A stretch of DNA of 61,906 bases, filler included, from Nemertoderma westbladi (GCA_032718475.1; 3 parts of 3 records of this genome joined end to end with filler, not necessarily neighbours in it); one strand, 5' to 3'; shown: positions 37,817-51,267, counted from the first letter of the whole stretch. Notes: generated by a model not told the origin, from the letters alone. Numbers and translations: made by a program.

Positions 37817-38439
37817 GTGAGTAATAAATAAATAGGAAATGTACCTTATGTGTAAAGTAAAGCACCAGTGTAGTGTCTATTGTAACGGAAAACAAGTTGA
37901 CTTTCAGTGTAATGAAAGAGTCTAGACATATAAAGTATATCTTTTCTATTGTTCCCTATATTGATTTTACAGAGCTCTAATGTTAAAGTTTATTAGATAA
38001 AATATATTACTTTACAAATAGAATGTATTGGTCACTCTTTGTGAATAAATAGTTATTAAGATATTATGTTATATTATTATTATATTATTTACTATTATAG
38101 ATAAATAATATTTAACATTATATATAATATAATACAAAACTACAATACATTTGCTGTATTGAATCATATTAGTATAAACTAAAAAACTAACTATATGGCA
38201 CTCACATGTTTGACATTTTAGAACCTAATGTGTTTTTGGATAAAAGTTATCATAATAACAAAAATTAATAGCAAAAATGAGAACTCAAGCTTTTGAATTA
38301 TATTAATTAATTGAACTACAACATACAGTATGTTGAATTGTAATATTTATAGAATAACAAAAATACTTGTAACAATGCATGGGACAAGAATATCCAAATT
38401 TTCTTATGTTTCAATTACACCTTTTATATAATCATGTAG

Positions 38440-39215
38440 GCAAAGACGAATCGCATCCCAGGGGGCGCTGCCCGGGCCCACGTTGTTGGTGAACTCGACC
38501 GGTACGGAGATCGTGGGTGGAATGGGTTCGGGTGGGCGAAGTCGGCCACTAACGTGGAAGGGATGGTGATGGCTGACCGTGTACATATTATCAGAATAGT
38601 ACCAACTGATCGGGAGCTCGTGTGCAGAAAATATGTCGACCAGGACGCTCCTCACCACGTCGCCCCGGGTCAGGGTCAGGGTGTTCCTCTCAACGTCGCT
38701 CAGGGTCAGGGTGTAGTGGATCGGTTCCGCATTCGCCGTGCCAAAAACTTTGTAATGGAGGAAATATCAGCTGCAAAACATCCAAACATAACAGCCATCT
38801 ATTTTGATGGACGTAAGGACAAAACCCAAACAATGATCAACAAGAGACAATCTATTTTAGTTGAAGAACATATGTCTATAGTTGAACAACCATGCTCACA
38901 GTACCTCACCAGCTGATGGAAAATCAGCTACCATCGCCAATCTTATACTGCCTTACTTTGATGCAGAGAGGGTTGTTGGAGCTGGTTCCGATGGTACTGC
39001 AGTTAACGTTGGAATTCATACAGGTATTATAAGGAGGCTGGAAATCTCACTAGGACGTCCTTTACAATGGATAATTTGCCAGTTGCATCTTGTTGAACTT
39101 CCACAGCGAGCTTATTTTGTACATGTTGATGAAGGAGCAACAACAGGTCCAATGTCTTTCAGTGGTACCATAGGAAAGCAGCTATCTAATTGTGAATTAA
39201 GACCTATAGTTAAAA
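38440..39215 (+). mobile_element. Frameshifted, truncated hAT-superfamily (hATm/hATx-like) transposase
   Basis: YFDGRKDKT, VEEH, DGTAVNVG...GIIRRLE..LGRPLQWIICQLH.VELP, TTGP.SFSG.IGK.L; frameshift near 38910. Confidence 0.85.
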
Positions 39216-41059
39216 TAACAAATAATTTCAAAACTTTCGATAATCTTTTATATATTACAAATATACATAATAAATCAACACACCTACGCTACATAAATTT
39301 ATTAAAGATTATTATATCAAAGAATATCACTGCAGTTCTAACATTTGTAAACTTCAATTCAAAAAACTTCGATTTAAAAAAAATGCATCGATTAAGTTAA
39401 ATATTGCAAAATACAATACACTTACAGAATAGCATATAAAAATTACTTTTAATTTCCATGATTGAATTCATAACTTTTCATATTGGTTGAAACTTCACAA
39501 ATATTGATAATAATCAATATTGGAATATGTACAACTTCCATACAGTACATTTCATCACTACATTGAGAACTAATAACATAATGAATATTAAATACTTACA
39601 ACAAATATACCATGGTATTATAATTCGGCATAGCCCTTTTCTGAACTTCCATAAAACGATCTTCAACTCTACTCCTCGCCGTCAAAACATCAGCGAGGCT
39701 AATTATTGCTGCCATTCTATAACAAAAATATAAATATACATTGTAAATAAGACAAGAGACAAAAATAGAACATGTAATTCGGATACGTCCGATGATACGT
39801 TACGATGAAATACGTCAAAGTCCTGCTTATTTAAATTTAAGGAAAAACAGTTGGTTTTTAAACCGTGCCTTTAAAAACATACTCCTTTTTGTAAATAAGT
39901 AGCAATTCTTAAATTAATTTTGTGTTTTAAATGAGAAAGTGGCATTTTATTTTTTTGAGTGGCATTTTATTTCTTTGAGTAGCCTTTTGGCAAGAGAATT
40001 GCCATTTATAAATAAGAAGAGACACTTTTACTAGACGTGATAGTGAAATTAAAAAATAAACTTTGCTTTGTCAAATAATAGCACTTTTGGAGGTTTGAGA
40101 TTGGAAACTGCCACTTTATTTTTATTCAACTTAACTGCCAGTTTAATAAGAAAATCGCCAATTTTAAATAAGAAGATGCACTTTTGTTAGAAGTGGCAGT
40201 GAAATGCATGAGTCCTTCTTATTCAAATTTAGAGACAGGGGGAAACTGGACGCAAATCCCATCTTGGCAAATTGATATATGGAGTGTCATTTTGGCAAAA
40301 GAAATGCCATTTATAAATAAGAAGGGGTACTTTTACTAGAAGTGATAGTAAAATACATCAAAGTCATTCTTATTAATAAAAAAACACACACATATTTTGG
40401 TAAATGTATTTCTTGTGTATGTATCTGTCTTAGATTAATATTGGGTTTGATATGGAAAGCATAATTTTATTTCTTTGATTGGCTTCTTGTGAATAAATTG
40501 CCAATAAACAGTAAATTTATTATTTCGATTTAATATTTCTATTAATATGGGAAATTATTTAAAAACGGCCACTTTATTTATATAAAAATGAGTTTGTTTA
40601 CAAGAAACAACTTCAACCAGTATTAGCCTTAATAACGCCCTTATTTTCTATAGGGGCTGTTGCGCTGTCAGTCAGAGAGGTAACAGCCCATTGGGTAAGG
40701 ATTTACCCATGGGGCGCTAACTATCAGATAGTCTGATACCAACTGTCAGACAGTCTTTTTCAACCATCAGATAGATGATCGCCCAGTTACAAGTTGCCCG
40801 ATAGTTGTATTTTTTAAACCCCGAGTGTTGTTGACGGAGTCTGTTACTTCCGAAATCGTTGATCGTCAGATCGTGCTGTCGTGGCGCCGGTGCCGGAATT
40901 CTGGCTTTGATTAAAAACACTGAACTGCTGAACGATGGCGGAATCTACGAAACCCGGCCGGATTCCTAATCCGAGGAGGCGACGGAGTCAATTAAATGTA
41001 ACAATGAAACGATCGCGATGGACAATGGACTGATGGAGTCTATTCAATGTATCCAGAAC

Positions 41060-41410
41060 GATACGATGGCAGCGGAGTCTATTACAGTATTAAACACACA
41101 ACCAAAGCGATCAGGTGATGGCGAAGTAATCTACAAAACAGAACGACAGGAAGGCGATGGAGTTTCTGAGTTTATTAAACCCAGTAAGATGTGCATAGAA
41201 AAGCGATCGAGACGGATAACGGAGTCTATTACAGTATTAAACACGCAACCAAAGCGATCAGACGATGGCGAAGTAATCTACAAAACAGAGAACGACAGGA
41301 AGGCGATGGAGTTTATTAAACCCAGTAAGCGAAGCGATCGAGACGGATAACGGAGTCTATTACAGAATTAAACCTGGAACGAAGACGGTGGAATCTATAG
41401 GCCTAAACCT
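41060..41410. repeat. Imperfect direct repeats (~135-150 bp) inside the TIR element
   Basis: cggagtctattacag recurs at ~41072, ~41220 and ~41351, with duplicated downstream sequence. Confidence 0.8.
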
Positions 41411-42207
41411 GGAACAATGCGAACAAGGCTACTCTAAAGTTAGACTAGACTGGTTTGTGAGATTAACTTGCCAATACTAACTCAATACAATTTGCTTTCT
41501 TCGAATTCCTAATAATATATTTTAATCTTAATAATAAATTATTCAACATCATTCGTCTTGTAAATGTATAAGATTGCTAAAGACTAAAGAGCTAACTTTA
41601 GGAATAAGATCTGCCTTATATTTTTAGAATTATTATAATTAATTTTGTTATGTTTATAATGAATTGTATCTTTTGACAGACTACTTGATGTGCGACCGTG
41701 ATAATAAAATTAAATGGTTCCGAAATATTTTCACTTCCTTAACTACAGGGGGGGGAGGGGGGGGGGGGGGGGGTGGTGGGGGGCAATCAATATTCTTCCC
41801 TCTCCAGGTGAAAATCGACGCAAATAACAGCTTGTTTACTACTAAAATAAAACTGCATCCTGTTCTATAGGAAAAAACATTATAGGGGAAACTTTTGCAA
41901 GTTGTGTTTATTTTAGCCGATAGACAAGATTACATGTTTACCAAGTTTGGTATATTTTAGTCAAAGATTTAATAAGCTACGATTTTAAATTATCAGTGGA
42001 GGGTGAAGGCGCCGGGCCAGGATTCAGTTATACTTGAATAAAGAATAGTGATTAAACCAAGCAGCCAAGGGATACGCGATATATGACACTGCTGTATAAG
42101 TTCATTGAATGACTGTTGATTTCGAAACATTTAATTCAAAACTATATAAATGTTAATATAATGGATTTTTTTTTGTAATAATTAACAGATGAATTATATT
42201 TCATTAA

Positions 42208-42950
42208 TTTTTTTTTTTTATCTAATCACATTATTAAATAACGAAGCACAGAAATAATACTAAGATTGAATATTTAATTGAAGGTACAGTACCGAATTGA
42301 ATATTTGAATGGGAGAATCTTTTAGGCTCGTTAAGCCAAGGAATGCCTGTTCACCACCATGGGTGATCTTCCACAGCAAACCCTTCCACTCTGTTTCCCA
42401 AGTTGCCTTGGTTCCCAATCGACCACTGAAGGATGAAAGCCGGGGTTGGGCTAGGCTGCAGCATTTAAAGCACTGTGCCCAAACAGTGCTGCCCCATCTA
42501 GGGATCGAACATTGAATATTTGAGATTGCATAAGATAGAGTATTGAATATCTTCGGCCGTCATCCCGTTGGTGACTGCATTGGCAACCATTTCGACAGTT
42601 TCGATTGGTTTCGGCTCTTCAGTCCCCGAATAGACCGATGGTCGGCGTGGTTGCTGTCCCCATGACTGAGGCTGCATTACCAACCAAAATTGCCATCTCC
42701 AGGCGTTGGAGCAGAAACTGGTGTGACCGCGGTTCGTGGGTGGCACTGCGGAGACGAGCCCCGATCTCCCGGAGGAAGGTGGATGTCTCTGGACCAGGGC
42801 GGCCAAAGGTCTCAAAGGCCACGGGGTGAAATAAATGGCCCCGGTCCATTAGGTCGTGATACTTAGAGTTTTTAATGCGCTCCGCCCCCTTAGCTGAGTG
42901 CCCCTCGGCAATGATGGTTTGTTGAAGGTGGCTGGGGGCCAGTGGATCTA
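42208..42950 (-). mobile_element. 5'-truncated CRE-clade non-LTR retrotransposon (restriction-like endonuclease C-terminus, 3' UTR, probable poly(A))
   Basis: Minus-strand peptide AERIKNSKYHDL...FHPVAFETFG...FLREIGARL...FLLQRLEMAILVGNAASVMGT. The T-run at ~42208-42219 is the candidate poly(A). Confidence 0.8.
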
Positions 42951-44239
42951 GTAATAATTAACGCAAAGATATGATTAGGTAGGCCTACGTGATATTACTG
43001 TATTAATTTCTCAAACCAAACCTCCATTGACGTCAAATATAGGCTATCCAATTTCTCAATCCATACTAATCCGTATGTAATAATGCAGTAATGTACACTG
43101 TAATGCAATACCGGTAATGTCAATGTCCAACCAAACAATGTATTAGTGTTATCGGACCAGCCTCCGAGAAATGTTAGGCTAACGGCACCGCGCTCTGTCG
43201 CATCAGTTTTTGTAGTGGTCAGGTGGTCTAGTTCCAGGCTACCAGAATCCGTTAGGCCTAGCAGCCTAGTGCATGATATAGAATCAGCACATCCTGACAT
43301 CTGTGCAACTCCTGAACTCACACGAGCATTTTACAGATGGTGGTCTAATTTATATGGTCTTGTACCGCGAAACCGTGTATTATTTACAGATGTAGGCTAA
43401 ATGTCTGGTCTTGTACCGTGCACAGTACTGGTGGGCCTACACAGCTACTGCTATTTTGCCTAATACAGGTCCCAGAGGTAAATCCTTACCCCACAGGCTG
43501 TTACCTCTCTGACTGACAGCGCAACAGCCCTCTCTCCTTATTTTGCCCATATATTGTAGGATCATAATTCTTAATTTTGATTGGTTGGTTGGTTCTTAAA
43601 GAGAGAGCCTTCTGCCCAGTCAGTTAATAGCTCACCGGTGTATACTAGTGTATACACCTACATACTACAGTGTTACTTACTAGTGTATAAGGCAGGAAAG
43701 GCCTGTATGAGGTGACAGTACTGTAGTACTGCATCACACACAGTACAGCAGTACTGGTAATACACTGTAATATGGTACAGTTATCAGCATACAGCACAGC
43801 ATACGGAGGGGGATCTACTATCTATACACCCCCACCAACCCTAATACTGTCATACGATAGTGTCTGACAGTATCAGAGTGTACTGGTCTGCCCGCTGCCC
43901 GCTGTCGCCTGCAGATACGATTGTATGTGTACATACCTGTAACAGTGCAACAATGTAACATGCATGCCCCATTACTGCATTAGAGGCCTACATCCTTACT
44001 CTACAGCTCGAGGACTAGGACTACTCTACGCACCGTACTGTCAGACTGTAATTGTAGTACCAGTATGCAGTAGGGCAGATAGGTACAAAGGCTGGTAGGC
44101 CTATTCAATCAGTCAATGAATGCACCGTACAAATTATGTACAAATGACAAACTGGCTGACTGAGTGGTTGTAATACCAGACTACTAGGCCTATACTATAG
44201 CCTAACAGACAGCGTGACAGGAAAATGAAAATGAAAAAT

Positions 44240-46512
44240 GATGTTACAGCGGTTTTTCGAGGGAAATACTCCCAACCCAATGCCGACTTAACAAGAAGTA
44301 TCGATCCAAGAAGGACTCTCCTGGTGAAGCTGTCAATGTTAACGTTAAGATAGTAGTTCCAGTTTCAGAGTTTGTGTTGCCACTGAGCCACATGAAGAAC
44401 CTGTTGCGTCTGCTGATACTGTACATAAAGTTTAAAGTTTAAAAAAGTTTAAGCTCATCTATCCCATCATAGTAGACATGTACCGAACAACAAGAGTCCC
44501 ACAAGAAATGAAAACAAATAAGTTGGTGCCAGTTCTCAAGAAGGGCAACCTAACACTCTATGGTTCTTTTCGGGGAATCTCATTGATCGCAATTGCTGCA
44601 AAGCTATACAATAGAATACTATTAAATCGCATCAGGGATCCCATTGAGAGACTGCTCCGTGGAAATCAGAATGGGTTCCATAAAGGTCGTGGGACCATGG
44701 AGGCATGGAGCCCATTTTGGCACTTAGAAGGATAATTGAAGAATTATCAAAAAAGAAAGACAGGCATCTGGCTGTTATCTTTGTTGACTTCTTCAAGGCC
44801 TTTGATTCAGTCTCTCGCTCACGTATGTTCAGCATACTTTCATTATATGGGATTCCTGATGAAATTATTGCAGCAATCAGATCAGTATACGATGGTTCGA
44901 CAACATTTGTGTCTACTGTTGACGGTGACACAGAAGCATTTGAAGTGTTATGGGGCGTCCTCCAAGGAGACATACTTGCACCATTCTTGTTCATTATTGT
45001 GGTTGACTATGTTCTACGCATGTCCTTAGATTATCATAATGATGATGGGGTGATGATAACTCCACCTACTAGCTCCAGAAGTCGAGGAAATCCTGCCAAG
45101 TACCTAACTGATCCTGACTTTGCTGATGACTTAGGAGTACTCTCAGAATCATTAGAGGGAGCCCAACGGCTCCTCAGCTCATTAGAACATGCTGCTTCTA
45201 GTGTTGGTCTTTTTATGAACTCCAGAAAGACCAAAACTATGACAGTTAACTTTGAAAGTCCTCAGCAAGTCTCTGATCGGATGAGCATAAGCTCAAAGGA
45301 TGGTATGCTTGAGCATGTGGACGACTTCTGTTACCTGGGATCATGGATCCGGAAGTCAGGTGAGGACCTTCGAATACGCAAGGGAAAGGCATGGGCAGCC
45401 TTGAATAGGCTATCCAGGATTTGGAAGTCACCGAGAATTAATCGGAAACTTAAGGTCCGATTATTTAGAGCAGCAGTAGTTCCAGTACTCCTCTACGGGA
45501 GTCCATGCTGGGCTCTAACTGCTGAGGACACCAAATCTCTGGATGGCACATTCACAAGAATGCTACGCCGGGTTCATTGTGTCAAGTACAATGCACACAT
45601 CTCCAACCAGACACTATATAACATTGGAGGTGTCTCATTGGTTCCCCCAAGCTTGACACTAGAACAAAATCGCCTCCGCTTTGCAGGACATTGCTTTCGC
45701 CGTGAGGACCAGCCAGTGCATAATCTTGTACTTTGGCTGCCTCATGGAGTGAATAAGCATGGTGGACAGCCCATGACTTTCTTGAGACGCATCTTAAAGG
45801 ACACAGGCCTTAAAGATTTGGATGATCTAGCAAATGTCATGGGTGATAGGGAGTTGTGGTGGTGCAATTTTGTTGACAAGCCGGCACAGCATTCCTAAAA
45901 ATGCAGCTGCAATGCAGCATGCCGATCCTAGTAGTAGAGCCACATGAAGAACCTGTTGCGTCTGCTGATACTGTACATAAAGAGTCACTTGTTGTTGCTG
46001 TTGCAACAAAAGAACGAACCCTAAGGGGTAAAAAACGTAAGAAAGGTGTAAGTTAGGAACTTCATTCATATGATTCATTCGTGTTCTGAGGAGTCAGACG
46101 ATGAGTCTGGAGATGGGATCTCCTCCTCTGATGCTGAGAACGAGCAAAGCAGATCTGATTCATCTGATGATCTCTCTCTGGAAGATTCGTCTGCAGAGAA
46201 CGATAGCGGGTCCCTTGTTTGGGCGAAAATGTCGAAGAAGGATAACCCATGGCCAGCGCGTATACTGGTATAGTCGCGCCTAACGCACATTTTCCTAAAC
46301 CCACTAAAGGGAAATTTGGGGGCGAATACAAATATGTATACTTTTTCGGAACCAACAATTTTTCATGGGTGAAGAATACCCCGGAATATATTCTCCCTTA
46401 TATTGAGTATAAAGACAAGTTCTCTGTTCGTAAGGAAGGCCAATACCCCAAATTCTTTTATATTGGCACTAGGCAAAATAGAAAACAATTAATAATTATC
46501 ATTGATTTTTAG
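44240..46512 (+). pseudogene. Disrupted PWWP-domain gene (domain at ~46205-46430), interrupted by the RTE
   Basis: GSLVWAKM...PWPARI / VAP...YKYVYFFGTNNFSWV...PYIEYKDKF is a PWWP signature split by a frameshift. An acidic tract and KKRKK lie upstream, and the frame reads through the RTE TSD. Confidence 0.75.
44431..45937 (+). mobile_element. 5'-truncated RTE-clade LINE (RT domain and C-terminus) with (TAG)n tail and 45-46-bp TSD
   Basis: RT motifs KKG..., FRGISL, QNGF, FVDFFKAFDSV, GVLQGD.LAPFLF, FADD, F.YLGS, VLLYGS, RLRFAGH. Direct repeats at 44385-44430 and 45937-45982; frameshift at ~44700. Confidence 0.95.
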
Positions 46513-46747
46513 GTGAACAACAAATGTATATCGTTGTTTAAAGTACCTACCATTACCGATACAGCTACAATAAAGTTATAGGGTATATATATATTATATA
46601 ATATACGGTATATACGGTTATAAAATATATAAATATAATTGTAAGGAAACCAAGATCAAGATTTATTCGAATTAACTTTGCTATAAAAGATTACATTAAG
46701 TCCTCATTTGTATTTACTATATCTATTTGTACGATGATTATTCAAGT

Positions 46748-46832
46748 GGTTCAGTAGCTCAGTCGGTAAAGCGTTGGAAATTATATGTAGTAGGTATTGA
46801 GTTCGAATCCTTGTAGGTGCGAATTATTTTTT
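46748..46832 (+). other. tRNA-derived sequence (SINE head or pseudo-tRNA) with Pol III A and B boxes
   Basis: TAGCTCAGTCGG (A box), GTTCGAATCC (B box) and a downstream T-run; acceptor and anticodon stems do not pair. Confidence 0.65.
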
Positions 46833-49800
46833 GTGCAGAATTTCAACTCATTTAAATTAACCGCTACAAATTAAATTGCATTTGCCTGTACCTAGATTAA
46901 CCAATGGGACTGTAGTTATTAGACAGTAACCAATGTCGTGCAAGTTATATATTCGCTGGACCAATAGTTATCTTTAAAAACCTATTAGAACTCATAGAAC
47001 AATCGAGAATTTTCTCGATTGATTGCAGCACAAATTTGCTATATAAGGTGCGATTTCGTTCATTAGTTATTCATTCTTTCTAATTAGTCTATAGTATCTC
47101 AATCATTCGTGCTTTAGATTATCTTTATTAGTTATCTATTAGTTTCTTGTTACGTTTATGTATATCTTTTGTAATAAAAGTTAGAAATACTTGTTACATC
47201 TGCCCTTTTCTATCATGTTTTATTATGCTTCACCACGGTGAACCCAACTAAGGGACAGGATGGCAGGCTAAACATCGGACCCCAGTAATGAACGGGAACA
47301 TCTGAGGAATGTAGACAGGAGACAACCTGCAATAACATTCTTGAGTTATTCGCCCATCGCCTGAAAGGTTAGACAGCGTTCAATGCCTTGCTACCTAAGT
47401 GTAAGACCAAAGATCGAAGGTAGAGGTAGTGACGCGCTGTGCGCTAAAAATTACATCTAGGGACCGTACTGTCTTAATTCAGAGAAAACCCGCAGTAGAC
47501 CTTCATATTCCTACGGGGGGGGGGGGGGGGAGAGGAGATCAGGCAGAGATACTAGTACACAGATAGGACGTAGGCACACCGGTACAAGGCATACACATTG
47601 GTAGGGTGCAGCAAACTGTACGCCTAACTCTTGCTAAGTGCAGGTGCGTCTGTGACTATTTGTAGTACAACAGTGTCCATTGCATTAGAACTTGTAGGCC
47701 AGGAGTGTTACTGTGTTTTACCTGAATTGGGATTGTACCGTTCAGGCGGTAGGGCAGTTTACAACTAGGCGCAAAATAAATTGAGGCTATTTAGGGATAC
47801 TAACATCTACCGTGTCTCCACCAACATTCTGTTAGGAAGTTGCTGTACCCATCTAGGCAACCAAAATTCTAGATAAGAACGCCAGGCTAGCTATTAGTAA
47901 CTGTACGCCTACTGTAGTAAACTAACACATTTCTTCTTAGTATTAGGGACCTGGTAAATTAAATTGCCGAATTCTGGGCGTAGTATTAACCTTATGCCTG
48001 AATTTGAGTCCTGGAAATACACAAGGGGAAGGAGCCTTATCATTCGTGAGTATTGGACCTACAAGTTACAAAATTAGAATATTCGTAAAATGTACACCGG
48101 ACCCAGTAATTATATATATGAAGGAGCAAAACTGACTTTGACTGTTTAGAATTAACACACGCGCGTTAGAAATTATTTACACCTCAAAATACATAAAATT
48201 AACTTTTGTCCGTACTGCGCTTTGCTCGCTAGTTAGACATCTCTAGATCTCTGCACCTAGCTAGCGTCTCTCTATCCCAACCATATAAATCACACCGCGG
48301 CAAAGTATACGAGCCCCTTAGTCCGTCAGCGAGTCAGCCTGATTTTAGGATTCGCTGCGCGGGATTTTGTTTTATCGAAGTTTGTCCGTTCGTAGACTGT
48401 TTTCTGCCTCACCGGTTATAAGAGACCGATACTGCAATATATTCGCTTACTTGGAGTTTACTGTTTTGGTGAGAAGGTCGGATTATGATTCACAAACTTT
48501 ACAGTAGGATATTGCAGGTATTAGGTACGTCTCTTCCATTTAAGTTTGGCCCTTTTGATAGGTAGGTACGCACATCGCTATACTGGCTAGCGGGTACTTT
48601 TAGTGGGTACTGACTATAGTGGAGCTATTAAGAATAAGTATGTAGGTTAAAAGCTCGGTAACACAAATTAATTAAAATCACGAATCAAATTTATGAATGT
48701 ATGCAGGCTAAGTTAAAAGTTAAAATCACGCTTTAAATCACTTTAAAATCATTGAAAATAGTTAATTTAGATTACCAATTAATAAAAATCACAGGTTGAG
48801 TATAAAATTTGTATGTAGATTAAAAAGTATGTCTCTCGTACTTTGATAATTTAAAATTGTATGTACATTAAAATGTGTATGGTGTATATTAGCCTTGAGG
48901 AATGCCCCTTTAGGTAAAGACTTCGTCTCCCAGGGGGTCCTCGATAAAAAGTATATTAAATATAAAATTGAACTGCCATTTAAATAGTTATAGGAGATAA
49001 TCTTAAAAATAGTTAAATATATGATAAAAAAAAAGAATGTGATAAATTAAAATAGTTAAAATATATTAATGTGGTGGTGGCAACATAACCCATGAACCCA
49101 CCCGGAAATTATATTTTGTACTACTGAAAGTCTACAGGTACTACCACCAGGACTACTATAGCAGTAATGGTTCCTTCTCTTCAAATAATACAATTTAAAT
49201 TATTGAATTATGTTTATTAAAAATACTCTTACAGCGAGCCATTCAATACTTAGCAACCTCGATTATGTTACAATAATTATTTAGCAATGTATGTGCAACA
49301 ATAATCATGAAATCAATATTACGTGTGGTACAGCAGTTTGTTGTTATAATATTGTTAGTACAGTAGTCAGGTAGCAGGCCTGCTATATTCCGATATTGTA
49401 ATTCCTTTTTAGTAGGCCTATTCTGCTATTACTGTACGCCTATTAAACAGTTAAAGATAACCTTGAATTTCAAAATTATACAAGTCTGAAACACGTTTCT
49501 TTAGTTTTTGACTGCACGAAAACCCCGGTTTATTAGCCCCATGCAGCCATGTGAAGCATACCAGGCTTTCACTAACAACCCAGGTTACAGAACTGTTGAA
49601 TATAACCAAAACAATAATCGAATATAGAAAAATGCGATGTAAAACATTTATTAATTATGTCTATAAATTAATATATAAAAATCCAATAAAATGTCGAGCG
49701 AAAAGTGAAATCCTCGTATTTTTCGCATGGGTGGAAACCCCAGTAAAAACCTATCAATAAATTAGTATTTAACTGGTATCAAGGTATACTGTATATCAAG

Positions 49801-50714
49801 AGAAGTATCATATCAATATAGCAATCGGGTGACTACAATACAAAGACCGAAATAACAAAGACCTGTATAAAATACATGTGTTAACTTTCGTTTATTGTTT
49901 TGGTTCCCCCAACACGCGTCTGTAATCTGCTCCTTTACTAAGCTGCTCCCGTTACAATATTTACTGTATTATGCAGGTCTTTATTATTTGGGTCTTTGTT
50001 TTGTAGTCACCCTATAGCAACAGCGTTTAGGCCTATGTCTAATATATATTGCGAAAATAATACAATAGGCAGGCAGATAGACCTACGATGAAAGACAAGC
50101 ACAAATATAGGCCTAATAATAAAACTAACCATGGAATGGAAGTACCGCTGGTAGACCCCTCTCACGTCGCGGGCATGTTGTCCGATTGTGTTTCCGTTTG
50201 CCTTCAGTACCAAGGCAGTGAGTGCAAATCGTCGCCTTTCTCTTCGGCATCTTGATGAACACGGTTAATCAATATGATAATAATGAAGTATTAAAGTATA
50301 TTATATATAAGTATTAAAGTAGAATGAACAAAGAATGAAAAAAGGAACAATTCAAGAATTTAGGCTTGGCCAACAATGTCGCCTGGAAGCCCTTAAAATC
50401 TATACTTTACTTAATCAATTGCAGAATTGAGTTTACACAAACTCTAGAATCCAATACTGCAATATACTAAGACTGTGATTGTGGAAGGAGTGCTGTTGTA
50501 GTAATAGTAGGACCTAAACCAAATACTGAGGACTCTGAAGGACTCATCAGTATAGAAACAGCTGAAAGGACACATTCTATTGGTCGAATGGTTCCAATAA
50601 ATAAGTAATGTTAAGGATGAGACCTCACAGAGCCATAGTGGGACACGACACTTTCTATTGGTTGTTCATACATAAACTGCAGAAAGATAATATCTACCAA
50701 GGTTGTGCGGGGAA

Positions 50715-51000
50715 TGTGGGGCGAGCCACGAAGTGAGTGAGCCTTAGCGTAGTGGTACCATTAATCAACCTGTCGTTCTGTCGTTCTGTCGTTCTGTCGT
50801 GTTCAATTTAAACGTTAATAACTCGGCCAATCTTTGATGAAATCTATCCATACTTGGTACATGACTAATCAGAAGGGCAGCAATGCAGAAGGCCGTAGTA
50901 CGTATGTACTGCTGTATAATCAGAATGGGTAATATTGAAACATAACATAACTAAGATAGCTACGCCATCTAGCGGGCCAAAGGTGTAGGGCTTATGAAGA
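50715..51000 (-). mobile_element. HINE/DINE-1-like element, reverse orientation
   Basis: ggggcgagcc...gagccttagcg is the reverse complement of the terminus at ~1446-1475 and ~11925-11960, followed by a (ctgtcgtt)n microsatellite. Confidence 0.55.
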
Positions 51001-51167
51001 TACTACACATACCCCTCTTTAGGTGGGGTGGGGTTGGCGTTAGCGCCTCAAAACAAATAGTTTATAAACAATTTATTGCTGAGTTACAGGTTAATCTAGT
51101 TTGTTATACTCGCTGTTCGAGTAACGTAAGGGCGGTTTTATTATTCTCCCCGACCTAGTCTGGATAA

Positions 51168-51267
51168 NNNNNNNNNNNNNNNNNNNNNNNNNNNNNNNNN
51201 NNNNNNNNNNNTTAATTAATTAANNNNNNNNNNNNNNNNNNNNNNNNNNNNNNNNNNNNNNNNNNNN
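51168..51267. other. Artificial contig linker N44-TTAATTAATTAA-N44
   Basis: Same 100-bp linker as at 31577. Confidence 0.97.

Larger units (their letters stand above)
40648..43535. mobile_element. Non-autonomous TIR DNA transposon (~2.9 kb) with ~55-bp TIRs and 9-bp TSD
   Basis: gggctgttgcgctgtcagtcagagaggtaacagcc...gggtaaggatttacc at ~40654-40707 is inverted at ~43477-43530. CCTTATTTT flanks both ends (40639-40647, 43536-43544). Confidence 0.85.

Noticed and set aside
44478-45898. Retron, DGR or group II intron RT associated with the repeat arrays
   Set aside because: Motifs, (TAG)n tail, TSD and multiple truncated copies identify an ordinary RTE LINE; it is also on a different contig from the large array.
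46748-46832. Functional tRNA gene
   Set aside because: A and B boxes are present but the cloverleaf stems do not form.
46887-48090. Possible LTR (TG...AATAAA...CA) and integrase C-terminal remnant
   Set aside because: No second LTR, PBS or TSD found, and peptide similarity is too weak to support.
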